From: Candidatus Bacteroides merdipullorum
Lineage (GTDB): Bacteria; Bacteroidota; Bacteroidia; Bacteroidales; Bacteroidaceae
Direction of reading: 5' to 3'
DNA: 64,000 nt
Assembly (NCBI GenBank): GCA_019116045.1
Contig: DXCK01000090.1
Span: 11,914-75,913 of the forward strand
This document shows positions 37,083 to 47,314 of this stretch, in pieces. The position numbers and the translations under genes are program-made. Every line of letters begins with the position of its first letter. Position 1 is the stretch's first letter. The notes beneath the pieces were generated by a model. That model did not search any database and was not told the DNA's origin. It worked only from the letters and a program-made list of their open reading frames with translations.

Positions 37083-37098
37083 TATGTTATGTAGCATA
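37083..37098. promoter_or_regulatory. Cur-like site overlapping the promoter spacer of sRNA copy 2
   Basis: TATGTTaTGtAGCATA (2 mismatches to the recalled consensus), 7 nt upstream of the -7 box. Confidence 0.5.
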
Positions 37099-37193
37099 AC
37101 AAATGAGCAAAAATCTGCTTTTATTTAACTCTTATTTAGAATCTGGACTGCTTTTATACACTTCTTTGCAAAATCTATTGCGTTTGAGGCCTG

Positions 37194-38378
37194 TTATTCC
37201 ACATAAAGCACCAGTCCTTTCAGGTACTCGCCTTCCGGGTGGTAGATATTGACCGGATGGTCGGCGGGTTGGGTCAACTGGTGCAGGATGCGTACGCTGC
37301 GTCCCGATAGGGCGGCTGCTGTGAAGACTGCCGTGCGGAATTGCTCTTTGCTGACGGCTTGCGAGCAGGAGAAGGTGAAGAGGATGCCTCCCGGGCGGAT
37401 TTTCTCGAAAGCGCGTGCGTTGAGCTTGCGGTATCCTTGCAGGGCGTTGTGCAGGGCATCGCGGTGTTTGGCAAAGGCGGGAGGGTCCAGCACGATGAGG
37501 TCGTAGGTTTGGGCATCCATGCGGTCGAGGAATTTGAAGGCGTCTTCGGCGAAAGCCGTGTGACGTGCGTCGCCGGGGAAGTTCAGCTCGATGTTTTTGT
37601 TGGTCAGGTCGATGGCCTTGGCCGAGCTGTCTACCGAGTGTACGGACAGGGCGTTGCCGCGCATGGCGTAGACGGAGAATCCGCCGGTGTAGCAGAACAT
37701 GTTCAGCACCCGTCGTCCGCGGGCGTAGCGTTCCAGCAGGGCGCGGTTTTCGCGTTGGTCTACGAAGAAGCCTGTCTTTTGTCCTTTCAGCCAGTCTATG
37801 TGAAATTTCAGGCCGTATTCCGTGGCGACGTTATCGGTGCTTCCTCCGCGCAGGAAGCCGTTTTCGGGGAAGAGGTCGGCTTTGTAGGGCAGGGTGGTTT
37901 CTGACTTGTAGTAGATGTTGTCCACTTCTTCCTGCATCACGTCGGCCAGGGCCTCGGCAATGGCCATGCGGTCGAGGTGCATGCCGGCGGAGTGTGCCTG
38001 CATCACGGCGGTGCGGGCGTAGATGTCTATCACCAGTCCGGGCAGGTTGTCTCCTTCGCCGTGCACCAGGCGGTAGGTGTTGTTGTCTGCCCGTCCGATG
38101 AGTCCGATGCTGCGGCGCATGTCTTTGGCTGTCTGTAGTTTGCGTTTCCAGAAGTCGGCGTTTATCTCTTCTTCCTGGCGGAAGGAGAGCACGCGCACGG
38201 CGATGCTGCCTATTTGGAAATGGCCTTTGGCTATGAACTGCCGGGCGGCGGTGTAGACTTCGACCACTTCTCCTTCTTCGGGCTTGCCGTCTATGTTGGC
38301 GATGGCGCCGGAAAATATCCACGGGTGGAAGCGTTTGAGCGATTCTTCCTTGCCGGGTTTTAGGTAGACTTTATACAT
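37194..38378 (-). CDS. rlmI: RlmI-family class I SAM-dependent rRNA methyltransferase
   Basis: HPWIFSG PUA domain, GEGDNLPGL, GQKTGFF.DQR, LDPPAF, FSCS. Confidence 0.9.
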   Translation of the reverse strand: MYKVYLKPGKEESLKRFHPWIFSGAIANIDGKPEEGEVVEVYTAARQFIAKGHFQIGSIAVRVLSFRQEEEINADFWKRKLQTAKDMRRSIGLIGRADNNTYRLVHGEGDNLPGLVIDIYARTAVMQAHSAGMHLDRMAIAEALADVMQEEVDNIYYKSETTLPYKADLFPENGFLRGGSTDNVATEYGLKFHIDWLKGQKTGFFVDQRENRALLERYARGRRVLNMFCYTGGFSVYAMRGNALSVHSVDSSAKAIDLTNKNIELNFPGDARHTAFAEDAFKFLDRMDAQTYDLIVLDPPAFAKHRDALHNALQGYRKLNARAFEKIRPGGILFTFSCSQAVSKEQFRTAVFTAAALSGRSVRILHQLTQPADHPVNIYHPEGEYLKGLVLYVE

Positions 38379-38388
38379 ATTGATGGAG

Positions 38389-39009
38389 TCAGTTAGGGTT
38401 ATTTTTGTCTGCAATTTCGAAGTCGCCTGTGCGTTTCAGTTCTTGCAGGCGGTTGTAGATGTTGAGGCAGGCCCAGGCATCGGTGGCGGCATAGAGCTTC
38501 TGGGGTTCGGTCAGGGTGTCTGCTTCCCAGTTGGTGAGGCGTTGTGCCTTGGAGATTTTCTCTCCGAACAGGATGCCGTATATTTTCTGCAGGCTTTTGT
38601 CTTCGATGCCGAAGGTGCGGACGTATTCTTGCAGCTCGATGCAGGCATGTGCTTCGAAAGGGGCGCGTTTGTGCAGCATCATGAGGTCGTCTTTCAGCGA
38701 GAGGCCTATCTTGGTGATGTGCGGGCTTTCGAGCAGGTTGATGATGGGCAGGGTGAGGCCCGTCAGGTTGAGGCGGAACAAGAAGCAGTGGTCTTCGGAC
38801 GATACTTGCAGCAGGGCCACTTTGTGTGGTTTGCCTTTGGAGAAGGAGGGGCGCGTTTCGCTGTCGATGCCCACCAGCGAGCATTGCCACAGGAAGGTGA
38901 CGGCTCGTTCTGCCTCCTGTGGGGTCTGCACCACGTGAATCTTTCCCGGGAAAGAGGCTTTGGGCAGGTCTTTCAATGCTTCTTTGTCAATCGTTCTTTT
39001 TATAATCAT
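38389..39009 (-). CDS. 3'-5' exonuclease (DEDDy, WRN/RNase D-like)
   Basis: GIDSETRP, LLQ, NWE, YAATDA. Confidence 0.92.
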   Translation of the reverse strand: MIIKRTIDKEALKDLPKASFPGKIHVVQTPQEAERAVTFLWQCSLVGIDSETRPSFSKGKPHKVALLQVSSEDHCFLFRLNLTGLTLPIINLLESPHITKIGLSLKDDLMMLHKRAPFEAHACIELQEYVRTFGIEDKSLQKIYGILFGEKISKAQRLTNWEADTLTEPQKLYAATDAWACLNIYNRLQELKRTGDFEIADKNNPN

Positions 39010-39020
39010 CGTTGGGTAGG

Positions 39021-39614
39021 TTAATGGCGTGATGTCCGGTCTGGCTCGTCGTAGAAGTCGGTGTCCGGTTCTGTGCTTTCTTCGCCGTCTTCGTCTTCGC
39101 TTTGGCTGTATCTTGTCTCGTGGAGGGCGCGCAGGGTGTTGACCAGCTTCTGCCCCCAGTAGAGGCGGAAGTTCTCCTGGCAGATGGCCAGAGCGTCGTG
39201 CATCGTCTGGTTCAGCCCCAGGCTGAAGACGAAGATGAAGTCTTTGACGTCTTGGTAGATGTCGGCCAGGTCTTCGGAGATGTAGCGGGTGATGGGCTGG
39301 TCGCTATACTTCATGTCTTCGACGAAGACGTCCAGGTAGTCGTCGCGTTCGGCCAGTATGGAGGCCAGTGTCAGGCGCACTACCTCGTAGGTCTCTTCTG
39401 TCACGTATTGTTCGGGTGCTTCGTCGCCCATTGGTTCGCACGGGGGCAGCAACGTGGCCTTCAGATACAGCAGTGGCAGTATCTTCAGCATCGTGTCGAC
39501 AAAGGTGTCGCGGCGCGTGCCTTCGGCCTGTTCTACGTATTTGCAGTATTCGGCGGCCACGGTGACGAACTCTACGACGTTGCGGTCGAATATCGTTTGG
39601 CTTTCTTTTTCCAT
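39021..39614 (-). CDS. DUF5063 family protein
   Basis: EFVTVA, LPLLYLK, ISEDLADIYQ, WGQ..VN.LRALH. Confidence 0.85.
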   Translation of the reverse strand: MEKESQTIFDRNVVEFVTVAAEYCKYVEQAEGTRRDTFVDTMLKILPLLYLKATLLPPCEPMGDEAPEQYVTEETYEVVRLTLASILAERDDYLDVFVEDMKYSDQPITRYISEDLADIYQDVKDFIFVFSLGLNQTMHDALAICQENFRLYWGQKLVNTLRALHETRYSQSEDEDGEESTEPDTDFYDEPDRTSRH

Positions 39615-40022
39615 TTTCTGTTCTATTGTCTTGCAAAGGTAATGTAATTTGAGGGGAGTCGCAAATTTCGTTTTGACAAAGTTTTCTTTTCCCGTAGGCA
39701 AACACGCTGTCTGCTTGGGCTTTTCCCCCGTTGCGCATGCTTGTGGGGGCATCGGAGGTGGAAATCGTTTTTTTCCTGCAAACATTCTTTTTGGCCCGGG
39801 GCTGGGGTGTGAGAGCTGCCTCCTGCCGGACTTAGCTTCGTGTGCGCAAGGGCCGCGCTTCGTGCGTACGCGGGCGGAGGCTCGTCCGGACGGTGGCGTG
39901 GCGCCCTCTTTCGGAGAAAGAAAGCCGATTTGGAGGGTGTGGCGACAAAAAATGCCGTCAAGCTGGTTTTATTTCTCAATATTAATTATATTTGCCCTTG
40001 ACAAACCGTGTGTTTCATTTAA

Positions 40023-40667
40023 ATGAAGAGAATGAATATGGAAGATAAATTCGTAGTGAATATTGGCCGCCAGTTGGGCAGTGGCGGTCGTGAGATAGGT
40101 GAGAAGCTGGCCATACGGCTGGGCATCTCTTTTTACGACAAAGAACTTATCACGCTGGCGTCGGAAGAAAGCGGCCTGTGCAGCGAGTTTTTCGAGCGGG
40201 CCGACGAACGTCCCTCGCAGGGCTTTGTGGGGGGCTGGTTCGGGATGCGCTTCCCTTTCATCACCGATGGGGCCATGCCGGCCAGCAATTGCCTGAGCAA
40301 CGACTCCTTGTTTAAGGTGCAGAGCGACGTGATTCGCCGCCTGGCCGAAAAGAAGTCATGCCTGTTCGTCGGGCGTTGTGCCGACTATATCCTGCGCGAA
40401 CACCCCCGTTGTGCCAACATCTTCATCTCCTCCACCCGCGAAGACCGCATTGCCCGCCTGTGTCGTATCCATGGCTTCGGCGAGCAGGAAGCCGAAAGCA
40501 TGATGGTAAAGGCCGACAAGAAACGTTCGGAATACTATAACTATTACAGCTATAAGACCTGGGGCGCTGCGGCATCCTACCACCTGTGCATCGATTCCTC
40601 CGTGTTGGGCATAGACGGCACCGTCGATTTCGTGGAGGAATTTGTGCGGAAGAAACTCTCTCTCTGA
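40023..40667 (+). CDS. Cytidylate kinase-like family protein
   Basis: IGRQLGSGG, VGRCADY, D..R..YY. Confidence 0.88.
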   Translation: MKRMNMEDKFVVNIGRQLGSGGREIGEKLAIRLGISFYDKELITLASEESGLCSEFFERADERPSQGFVGGWFGMRFPFITDGAMPASNCLSNDSLFKVQSDVIRRLAEKKSCLFVGRCADYILREHPRCANIFISSTREDRIARLCRIHGFGEQEAESMMVKADKKRSEYYNYYSYKTWGAAASYHLCIDSSVLGIDGTVDFVEEFVRKKLSL

Positions 40668-40770
40668 TTTTTGCCGGGAAAAAGCAAAATAGTAAGAGCG
40701 GCTGTGCCGGCAAGTTCTTGCTCCGCAGCCGCTCTACTGTTTAGCTATGTTTAGAAAGATATTCGCTTTC

Positions 40771-42435
40771 TTACATCATCGTCAGCAATATCATCTGCCC
40801 CGCCAGGATACGCAGGAACATGGTGAGAGGATAAACGGTTGAATAACCCACCGAAGGAGCCGTGTTGCCAGCCACTTGGTTTGAGTAGGCCAGTGCGGGT
40901 GGGTCGGTTGTGGCACCGCCGATAAGACCCATCAGGATGAAATAGTTCACCTTGAAGAATCCACGCGCAAAAATGCCGACCACAAGCAGCGGGATGACCG
41001 TAATCAAAAAGCCCCAAAGCACGTACAACAGTCCGTCCCCTTGCAGCACCGTCTGCACAAACTGACCGCCTGCGTCAATGCCTACACTGGCCAGGAAGAG
41101 CACAAGGCCGATTTCGCGCAGCATCAGGTTGGCACTCATTGTGGTATACGTGACCAGCTTTAACTTGTAACCGAAACGGCCGATGAGAATGGCTACCACC
41201 AGCGGACCGCCGGCCAGGCCCAGCTTGACAGGAGTAGGCATGCCCGGGAATGAGATAGGCAGACTGCCCACCAGTATGCCCAGGAACAAGCCGACAAAGA
41301 TGGTGACGATGTTCGGTGTGTCAAGGCGTTTGAGTTGATTGCCCAGCACAAGTGCTACGCCATTGACAGCATCCTGCTGGCCTACCACCATGACGCGGTC
41401 GCCCACCTGGAGTGTCAGGTTGGGAGCTGCGAAAAGATCCATGCCCGAACGGTTGACGCGGGTGACGGTGACACCGTAAGTGCTGCGGAAGTGCATGTCA
41501 CCCAGCTTCTTGCCATTGATTTCGGACTTGGTCACCAAGATACGTCTCGACACCATCGGCATGTCCTGATGCTCCCAGTCCACCTCTACCTGCCGTCCGA
41601 TGAAGGCAGTAATGGCTTCGGCATCTTCTTCCGAACAAACCATGTAGAGCTGGTCGCCGATGTGGAAACGGGTATCTTGGTCGGGGATGGACACGTGCCC
41701 CTCATGACGGAGACGTGTGCAGACGAAAGGTCGTCCCAAAAATTCCTTGACCTGAATGAGACGCTTGCCGTCAATCGATTCGTTGCGCACCTCCAACGTC
41801 ATCAGGTGTGGCTTTTGCTTCTCATCTTCCTCAGTGTGGCGCAAAGCCTCTTCTTCCTTGTTGAAGTCGATACGGAAAATGTAGCGGATAGCGATGATAG
41901 AACCAATGATGCCCAGCACACCCAGCGGGTACGCGCAGGCATAACCTAACGCAATAGGATCGCCCGTGTATTGCAACTGGTTAAGTGCCTCTTGTGCAGC
42001 ACCCAAGCCAGGCGTATTGGTCACCGCTCCATACAAAATGCCCACAATCATAGGCAATTCCACACGCCCGTTGGCAATGAAGTAAATGGTCAGAGCCACT
42101 GCGATGTTGAGCACAATAATCATCACCGCTAATAGGTTCAACGTCATGCCTCCCTTCTTGAAAGATGAAAAGAAAGACGGACCTACCTGCAAACCGATGC
42201 AGAACACAAACAGTGTCAAGCCAAACTCTCGCAAGAAATGCAGAATAGGCGTAGATACCGTGAAACCAAAGTGCCCCATCAGGATACCCATGAAGAGGAC
42301 GAACGTCACTCCCAGCGAGATGCCTGCCACTTTAATTTTGCCCAATAAAACCCCTGCCGCTATCACGAAGGAGTACAGAAATACGATGTGGGCGACGGAG
42401 GAAGGGTCCCATAATAAACTGTTTAACCAATCCAT
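40771..42435 (-). CDS. AspT/YidE/YbjL-family transporter with RCK_C domains
   Basis: [40 protein letters not shown]. Confidence 0.9.
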   Translation of the reverse strand: MDWLNSLLWDPSSVAHIVFLYSFVIAAGVLLGKIKVAGISLGVTFVLFMGILMGHFGFTVSTPILHFLREFGLTLFVFCIGLQVGPSFFSSFKKGGMTLNLLAVMIIVLNIAVALTIYFIANGRVELPMIVGILYGAVTNTPGLGAAQEALNQLQYTGDPIALGYACAYPLGVLGIIGSIIAIRYIFRIDFNKEEEALRHTEEDEKQKPHLMTLEVRNESIDGKRLIQVKEFLGRPFVCTRLRHEGHVSIPDQDTRFHIGDQLYMVCSEEDAEAITAFIGRQVEVDWEHQDMPMVSRRILVTKSEINGKKLGDMHFRSTYGVTVTRVNRSGMDLFAAPNLTLQVGDRVMVVGQQDAVNGVALVLGNQLKRLDTPNIVTIFVGLFLGILVGSLPISFPGMPTPVKLGLAGGPLVVAILIGRFGYKLKLVTYTTMSANLMLREIGLVLFLASVGIDAGGQFVQTVLQGDGLLYVLWGFLITVIPLLVVGIFARGFFKVNYFILMGLIGGATTDPPALAYSNQVAGNTAPSVGYSTVYPLTMFLRILAGQMILLTMM

Positions 42436-42607
42436 AGTCCTATAAGTAATGTTAATAGATTTTAATTCGAGGATTAACGCCTGCAAAAGTACACATAACG
42501 TCCGAAGAAGGCAAGCTTTTCATAAAGAAAAAAGATTTTTTGTCCGAAAAAGGAAAAATACGCGCTTCTTCGTATTGTATAATTCAAATATTTTTCTATA
42601 TTTGCAA

Positions 42608-42750
42608 GTGAACAACAGGCCATAGCTGAAGATACTTGGTATAAAAAGACGTGGACTGTATGGCGATAAGCTGCTTTCCACGTTGATGCTTCGTTTATAA
42701 TGGTGAAGCGGGGCGTGTCTGTAGCTTTCATGCAGCACACGCCCCTTTTT
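42608..42750 (+). ncRNA. Candidate ~140-nt structured small RNA
   Basis: TATATTTG promoter at 42597-42604, internal stems, strong GGGGCGTGT...ACACGCCCC-T5 terminator; mutA has its own promoter downstream. Confidence 0.5.
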
Positions 42751-42869
42751 GTGCACAGATTCGAAAAATTTAAGTGACAGATGTTCCCTTAATCGACTTA
42801 TTTCTTATATTTGCAGGACAAAGTAAAATCGCACTTTTTTCAACCTACATTATAATAAATAGAGAAACT

Positions 42870-44741
42870 ATGGCAGAAAACAAAGAAAAACTCTTCTCTG
42901 ACTTTCCACCTGTCAGCACGGAAGCGTGGATGGAGAAAGTCACGGCAGACCTTAAAGGTGCCGACTTCGAGAAGAAACTCGTTTGGCGAACAAACGAAGG
43001 ATTCAATGTGAAACCTTTCTACCGCCGTGAAGACTTAGACGGGCTGAAAACAACAGACGCTTTGCCCGGCGAATATCCTTATTTGCGTGGCAATAAGAAA
43101 AAAGACAATTCCTGGCTCATCCGGCAAGATATCCGTGTGGAAGATCCGGCGGAAGCCAATGCCAAAGCACTCGACATCTTGAACCGTGGTGTAGATTCAC
43201 TAGGCTTCAGCATTAAGGCCAAACAGTTAAGCGAAGCCTATTTGGAAGCCCTCTTGAAAGACATCTGCGCTGAATGCGTAGAACTGAATTTCTCTACTTG
43301 TCAAGGACATGTCGTAGAGTTGGCCAAACTGTTGGTAGCTTATTTCAAGAAGCATGGATATGACCTTTCAAAGCTTAAAGGCTCAATCGCTTACGATCCT
43401 TTGGGCAAGATGCTTTCTAAAGGAAAAGAACGTACGGAGATAGGCGAGACAGGTAAGGCTCTTATTGAAATAACGGCAGAACTTCCTGACTATCGTGTTC
43501 TCGGAGTAGACGCTTCTTTGCTTTGCAATGCCGGTGCCTATATCTATCAAGAATTGGGTTATGCTTTGGCGTGGGGTAACGAATACTTGAATGTCTTGAC
43601 CGAAGCCGGAGTGCCGGCTGCTTTAGTAGCTAAGAAAATCAAGTTCAATTTCGGCATTTCTTCCAATTATTTTATGGAGATGGCAAAGTTCCGTGCTGCC
43701 CGTATGTTGTGGGCTGATATCGTAGGACAATATCTTGCGGAAAATGACTGTAAGTGTGCCGCCAAGATGCATGTGCATGCCGAAACGTCTAAATTCAATC
43801 AGACCCTTTTCGATTCTTATGTCAACCTGCTTCGCACGCAAACAGAAGCCATGAGTGCTGCTCTGGCCGGAGTAGAATCAATGACGGTGCTGCCTTTTGA
43901 TTCTGCTTACGAAACTCCTACCGAATTTTCTGAACGTTTGGCTCGCAATCAACAGCTTTTGCTGCGTGAAGAGTCACACTTTGATAAAGTGGTTGACCCA
44001 GCCGGTGGTTCCTATTATATTGAAAACTTGACAGCGTCTATTGCTGCTCAAGCGTGGAAGCTTTTCCTGACAGTAGAAGAAGAAGGCGGCTTCTATGCAT
44101 CGGTCAAAGCCGGAAAGGTGCAGGACGTTGTTAATGCCAGCAATCGTGCTCGTCATGAAGCTGTGGCTCGTCGGAAGGAAATTTTATTGGGGACAAATCA
44201 ATATCCGAACTTTACGGAACTGGCTGGCGACAAACAGCCGTTGGAAGCCGCTTGCTGCTGCGGTGGCGGTCATGAGCATGCTTGTGAGAAAGATTGTGCT
44301 TCGCTTGATTTTTCTCGGGCAGCCAGCGAATTTGAAGCTCTTCGCTTGCAAACCGAGCAAAGCGGTAAGCGTCCGCGTGCATTTATGCTTACTATTGGCA
44401 ATCTGGCCATGCGTCAGGCTCGTGCGCAGTTCTCTTGCAACTTCCTGGCTTGTGCTGGCTATGAGGTAATAGACAATCTTGGTTTTGCTACGGTAGAAGA
44501 GGGCATTGATGCTGCTCTTGCTGCCAAGGCCGACATAGTTGTGCTCTGTTCCAGCGATGATGAATATGCTGAGTATGCCATTCCTGCTTATCAGGCCTTG
44601 GCGGACCGTGCGATGTTTATCGTGGCCGGTGCCCCTGCTTGTATGGACGAACTCAAGGCTGCTGGTATCGAGAATTTCATCCACGTGCGCGTCAATGTGC
44701 TGGAGACTTTAAAGGAATACAACGCTAAACTATTGAAATAA
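42870..44741 (+). CDS. mutA: Methylmalonyl-CoA mutase small subunit
   Basis: YFMEMAKFRAAR.LW, YVNLLR, ARNQQL, DPAGGSYY; the C-terminal B12-like domain lacks DxHxxG. Confidence 0.95.
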   Translation: MAENKEKLFSDFPPVSTEAWMEKVTADLKGADFEKKLVWRTNEGFNVKPFYRREDLDGLKTTDALPGEYPYLRGNKKKDNSWLIRQDIRVEDPAEANAKALDILNRGVDSLGFSIKAKQLSEAYLEALLKDICAECVELNFSTCQGHVVELAKLLVAYFKKHGYDLSKLKGSIAYDPLGKMLSKGKERTEIGETGKALIEITAELPDYRVLGVDASLLCNAGAYIYQELGYALAWGNEYLNVLTEAGVPAALVAKKIKFNFGISSNYFMEMAKFRAARMLWADIVGQYLAENDCKCAAKMHVHAETSKFNQTLFDSYVNLLRTQTEAMSAALAGVESMTVLPFDSAYETPTEFSERLARNQQLLLREESHFDKVVDPAGGSYYIENLTASIAAQAWKLFLTVEEEGGFYASVKAGKVQDVVNASNRARHEAVARRKEILLGTNQYPNFTELAGDKQPLEAACCCGGGHEHACEKDCASLDFSRAASEFEALRLQTEQSGKRPRAFMLTIGNLAMRQARAQFSCNFLACAGYEVIDNLGFATVEEGIDAALAAKADIVVLCSSDDEYAEYAIPAYQALADRAMFIVAGAPACMDELKAAGIENFIHVRVNVLETLKEYNAKLLK

Positions 44742-44747
44742 TAAGCT

Positions 44748-46895
44748 ATGAGAAAAGATTTCAGAAATATAGATATATATGCCGACTTCAAGCCCGCTAA
44801 TGGAGCTGAGTGGCAGAAGGCTAACGACATCCAGGCTGATTGGAAGACGCCGGAACACATCGAAGTGAAGCCTGTTTATACTAAGGAAGACCTTGAGGGG
44901 ATGGAGCATCTGGATTATGCGGCTGGGATTCCTCCTTATTTGCGCGGCCCGTATTCTATGATGTACACGTTCCGTCCTTGGACCATCCGCCAGTACGCCG
45001 GATTTTCCACCGCTGAGGAATCCAATGCTTTTTATCGCCGTAATCTGGCCAGCGGCCAGAAAGGTCTTTCCGTGGCTTTCGACCTGCCTACGCATCGCGG
45101 TTATGACCCGGATAATGAACGTGTGGTAGGTGATGTCGGCAAGGCAGGCGTGTCCATTTGTTCGTTGGAGAATATGAAGGTTCTTTTCGAGGGCATTCCT
45201 TTGAACAAGATGTCTGTCTCCATGACGATGAACGGGGCCGTATTGCCTGTCATGGCGTTTTATATCAATGCTGGTTTGGAGCAAGGTGCTAAGTTGGAAG
45301 AGATGGCAGGAACCATCCAGAACGACATCCTGAAAGAGTTCATGGTACGTAACACGTACATCTATCCGCCTGCATTCTCCATGAAGATTATTTCCGACAT
45401 TTTCGAGTATACGTCTCAGAAGATGCCGAAGTTCAACTCCATCTCCATCTCTGGTTACCACATGCAGGAAGCGGGTGCTACGGCAGACATTGAATTGGCT
45501 TACACGTTGGCCGACGGTCTGGAATATCTGCGTGCCGGTGTCAACGCCGGATTGGACATCGATGCCTTTGCTCCGCGTCTTTCTTTCTTCTGGGCCATCG
45601 GTACGAACCATTTCATGGAGATTGCCAAGATGCGTGCTGCCCGTATGTTGTGGGCGAAGATTGTGAAACAGTTCAACCCGAAGAATCCCAAGTCGTTGGC
45701 TTTGCGCACGCACTCGCAGACGTCCGGCTGGTCGCTGACAGAGCAAGACCCGTTCAACAATGTGGGCCGTACGTGTATCGAGGCCATGGCGGCAGCTTTG
45801 GGTCATACCCAGTCGTTGCATACCAATGCTTTGGATGAGGCTATTGCCTTGCCGACGGATTTCTCGGCCCGCATCGCCCGTAACACGCAGATATATATTC
45901 AGGAGGAGACTTACATTTGCAAGAACGTAGACCCCTGGGCCGGTTCTTATTATGTGGAGTCGCTGACCAACGAGATTGCTCACAAGGCGTGGGAGCATAT
46001 CCAGGAGATTGAAAAGCTGGGCGGCATGGCCAAGGCTATCGAGACGGGTATTCCCAAGATGCGCATCGAGGAGGCGGCAGCCCGTACCCAGGCTCGTATC
46101 GACAGTGGTGCACAGACGATTGTCGGCGTGAACAAGTACCGTTTGGACAAGGAAGCTCCTATTGATATCCTGGAGATTGACAATACGGCTGTGCGTCAGG
46201 AGCAGGTGGAGAACCTGAAGAAGCTGAAAGCTAACCGTAATCAGGCCGAGGTGGACAAAGCCTTGGATGCCATCACCGAATGTGTGCGTACGGGTAAGGG
46301 CAATTTGCTGGAGTTGGCTGTCGAGGCTGCCCGTGTGCGTGCCACTTTGGGAGAAATCTCCCTGGCGTGCGAGAAAGTAGTAGGACGTTACAAAGCAATC
46401 ATTAGAACTATATCAGGCGTGTATTCATCAGAGAGTAAGAATGATTCAGACTTCGCCAAGGCATGTGAATTGTGCGAGAAGTTTGCGAAGAAGGAAGGTC
46501 GTCAGCCGCGCATCATGATAGCCAAGATGGGCCAGGACGGGCACGACCGTGGTGCAAAGGTGGTGGCAACGGGTTATGCCGACTGCGGTTTCGACGTAGA
46601 CATGGGTCCGTTGTTCCAGACGCCGGCCGAGGCTGCGCGCGAGGCTGTGGAGAACGACGTGCATGCCGTGGGCGTGTCGTCGTTGGCTGCGGGTCACAAG
46701 ACGCTCATTCCGCAGCTCATGGATGAGTTGAAGAAGCTGGGCCGCGAGGACATCGTGGTGTTTGCCGGCGGTGTTATCCCTCCGCAAGACTATGACTTCC
46801 TCTACAAAGCCGGCGTGGCAGCCATCTTTGGCCCCGGCACTCCGGTGGCGAAGGCAGCTTGCCAGATATTGGATATTTTGATGGACGAAGAATAA
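44748..46895 (+). CDS. scpA: Methylmalonyl-CoA mutase large subunit
   Basis: [30 protein letters not shown]12-binding motif. Confidence 0.98.
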   Translation: MRKDFRNIDIYADFKPANGAEWQKANDIQADWKTPEHIEVKPVYTKEDLEGMEHLDYAAGIPPYLRGPYSMMYTFRPWTIRQYAGFSTAEESNAFYRRNLASGQKGLSVAFDLPTHRGYDPDNERVVGDVGKAGVSICSLENMKVLFEGIPLNKMSVSMTMNGAVLPVMAFYINAGLEQGAKLEEMAGTIQNDILKEFMVRNTYIYPPAFSMKIISDIFEYTSQKMPKFNSISISGYHMQEAGATADIELAYTLADGLEYLRAGVNAGLDIDAFAPRLSFFWAIGTNHFMEIAKMRAARMLWAKIVKQFNPKNPKSLALRTHSQTSGWSLTEQDPFNNVGRTCIEAMAAALGHTQSLHTNALDEAIALPTDFSARIARNTQIYIQEETYICKNVDPWAGSYYVESLTNEIAHKAWEHIQEIEKLGGMAKAIETGIPKMRIEEAAARTQARIDSGAQTIVGVNKYRLDKEAPIDILEIDNTAVRQEQVENLKKLKANRNQAEVDKALDAITECVRTGKGNLLELAVEAARVRATLGEISLACEKVVGRYKAIIRTISGVYSSESKNDSDFAKACELCEKFAKKEGRQPRIMIAKMGQDGHDRGAKVVATGYADCGFDVDMGPLFQTPAEAAREAVENDVHAVGVSSLAAGHKTLIPQLMDELKKLGREDIVVFAGGVIPPQDYDFLYKAGVAAIFGPGTPVAKAACQILDILMDEE

Positions 46896-46925
46896 GTCCG
46901 TGTGCTCAGAATCTGGAATTGATGG

Positions 46926-46959
46926 AAGGGGAGTCCCGGCAACGGGGCTCCCTTTTTCT
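46926..46959 (+). terminator. Terminator after scpA
   Basis: AAGGGGAGTCCC-GGCAAC-GGGGCTCCCTTTTT. Confidence 0.85.
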
Positions 46960-47031
46960 TGTGTTTCTGCTTTGCCTGTGTCTGTTAAGAATCCTTTTGC
47001 TGGACGGGTTATTTGTGCGGGCTGCTTAAAG

Positions 47032-47047
47032 AATGTTATAAAACATG
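47032..47047. promoter_or_regulatory. Cur-like site upstream of sRNA copy 3
   Basis: AATGTTaTAaAACATG at the same distance from the -33 TTTG (47065) as in copy 1. Confidence 0.65.
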
Positions 47048-47097
47048 TTTTGAAGCGCCGATTATTTGCAGACATCGAAAAAGTTCGTACCTTTGCA

Positions 47098-47162
47098 ACG
47101 TGTTTTTCATAGTATTAGATTTTAAGGTTAACAAAGGTTGGGCTCAGCGGAGCCCTTTTTTT
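47098..47162 (+). ncRNA. Paralogous small RNA, copy 3
   Basis: TTTG-19 nt-TACCTTTG promoter; core differs from copy 1 by one substitution and one extra T; identical terminator. Confidence 0.75.
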
Positions 47163-47314
47163 ATGCCCGTATGTGTCGGGCGCGTGCCTGCTGTGCGTGA
47201 AAGCCGTCTTTCGTGTGCGGAAGAGCGGGGTGCGCAGTGCGGAAGAGCGGAAGACGTGGTGCGCCGAAGAAAACTTTTTCGTACCTTTGCCCTCCGATTA
47301 CTAAAGAACAGAGC

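Noticed and set aside
42618-42665. Hammerhead ribozyme (CTGAAGA after a GCCATAG stem) or cobalamin riboswitch before mutA
   Set aside because: The required GAAA and stem III are missing (TAAA instead), and I found no B12-box or GGGAA core.
40771-46000. Lower GC of the transporter-mutA region as a horizontally acquired island
   Set aside because: These are core genes in their usual order with no mobility marks; expression-related codon bias or old homologous exchange would suffice.
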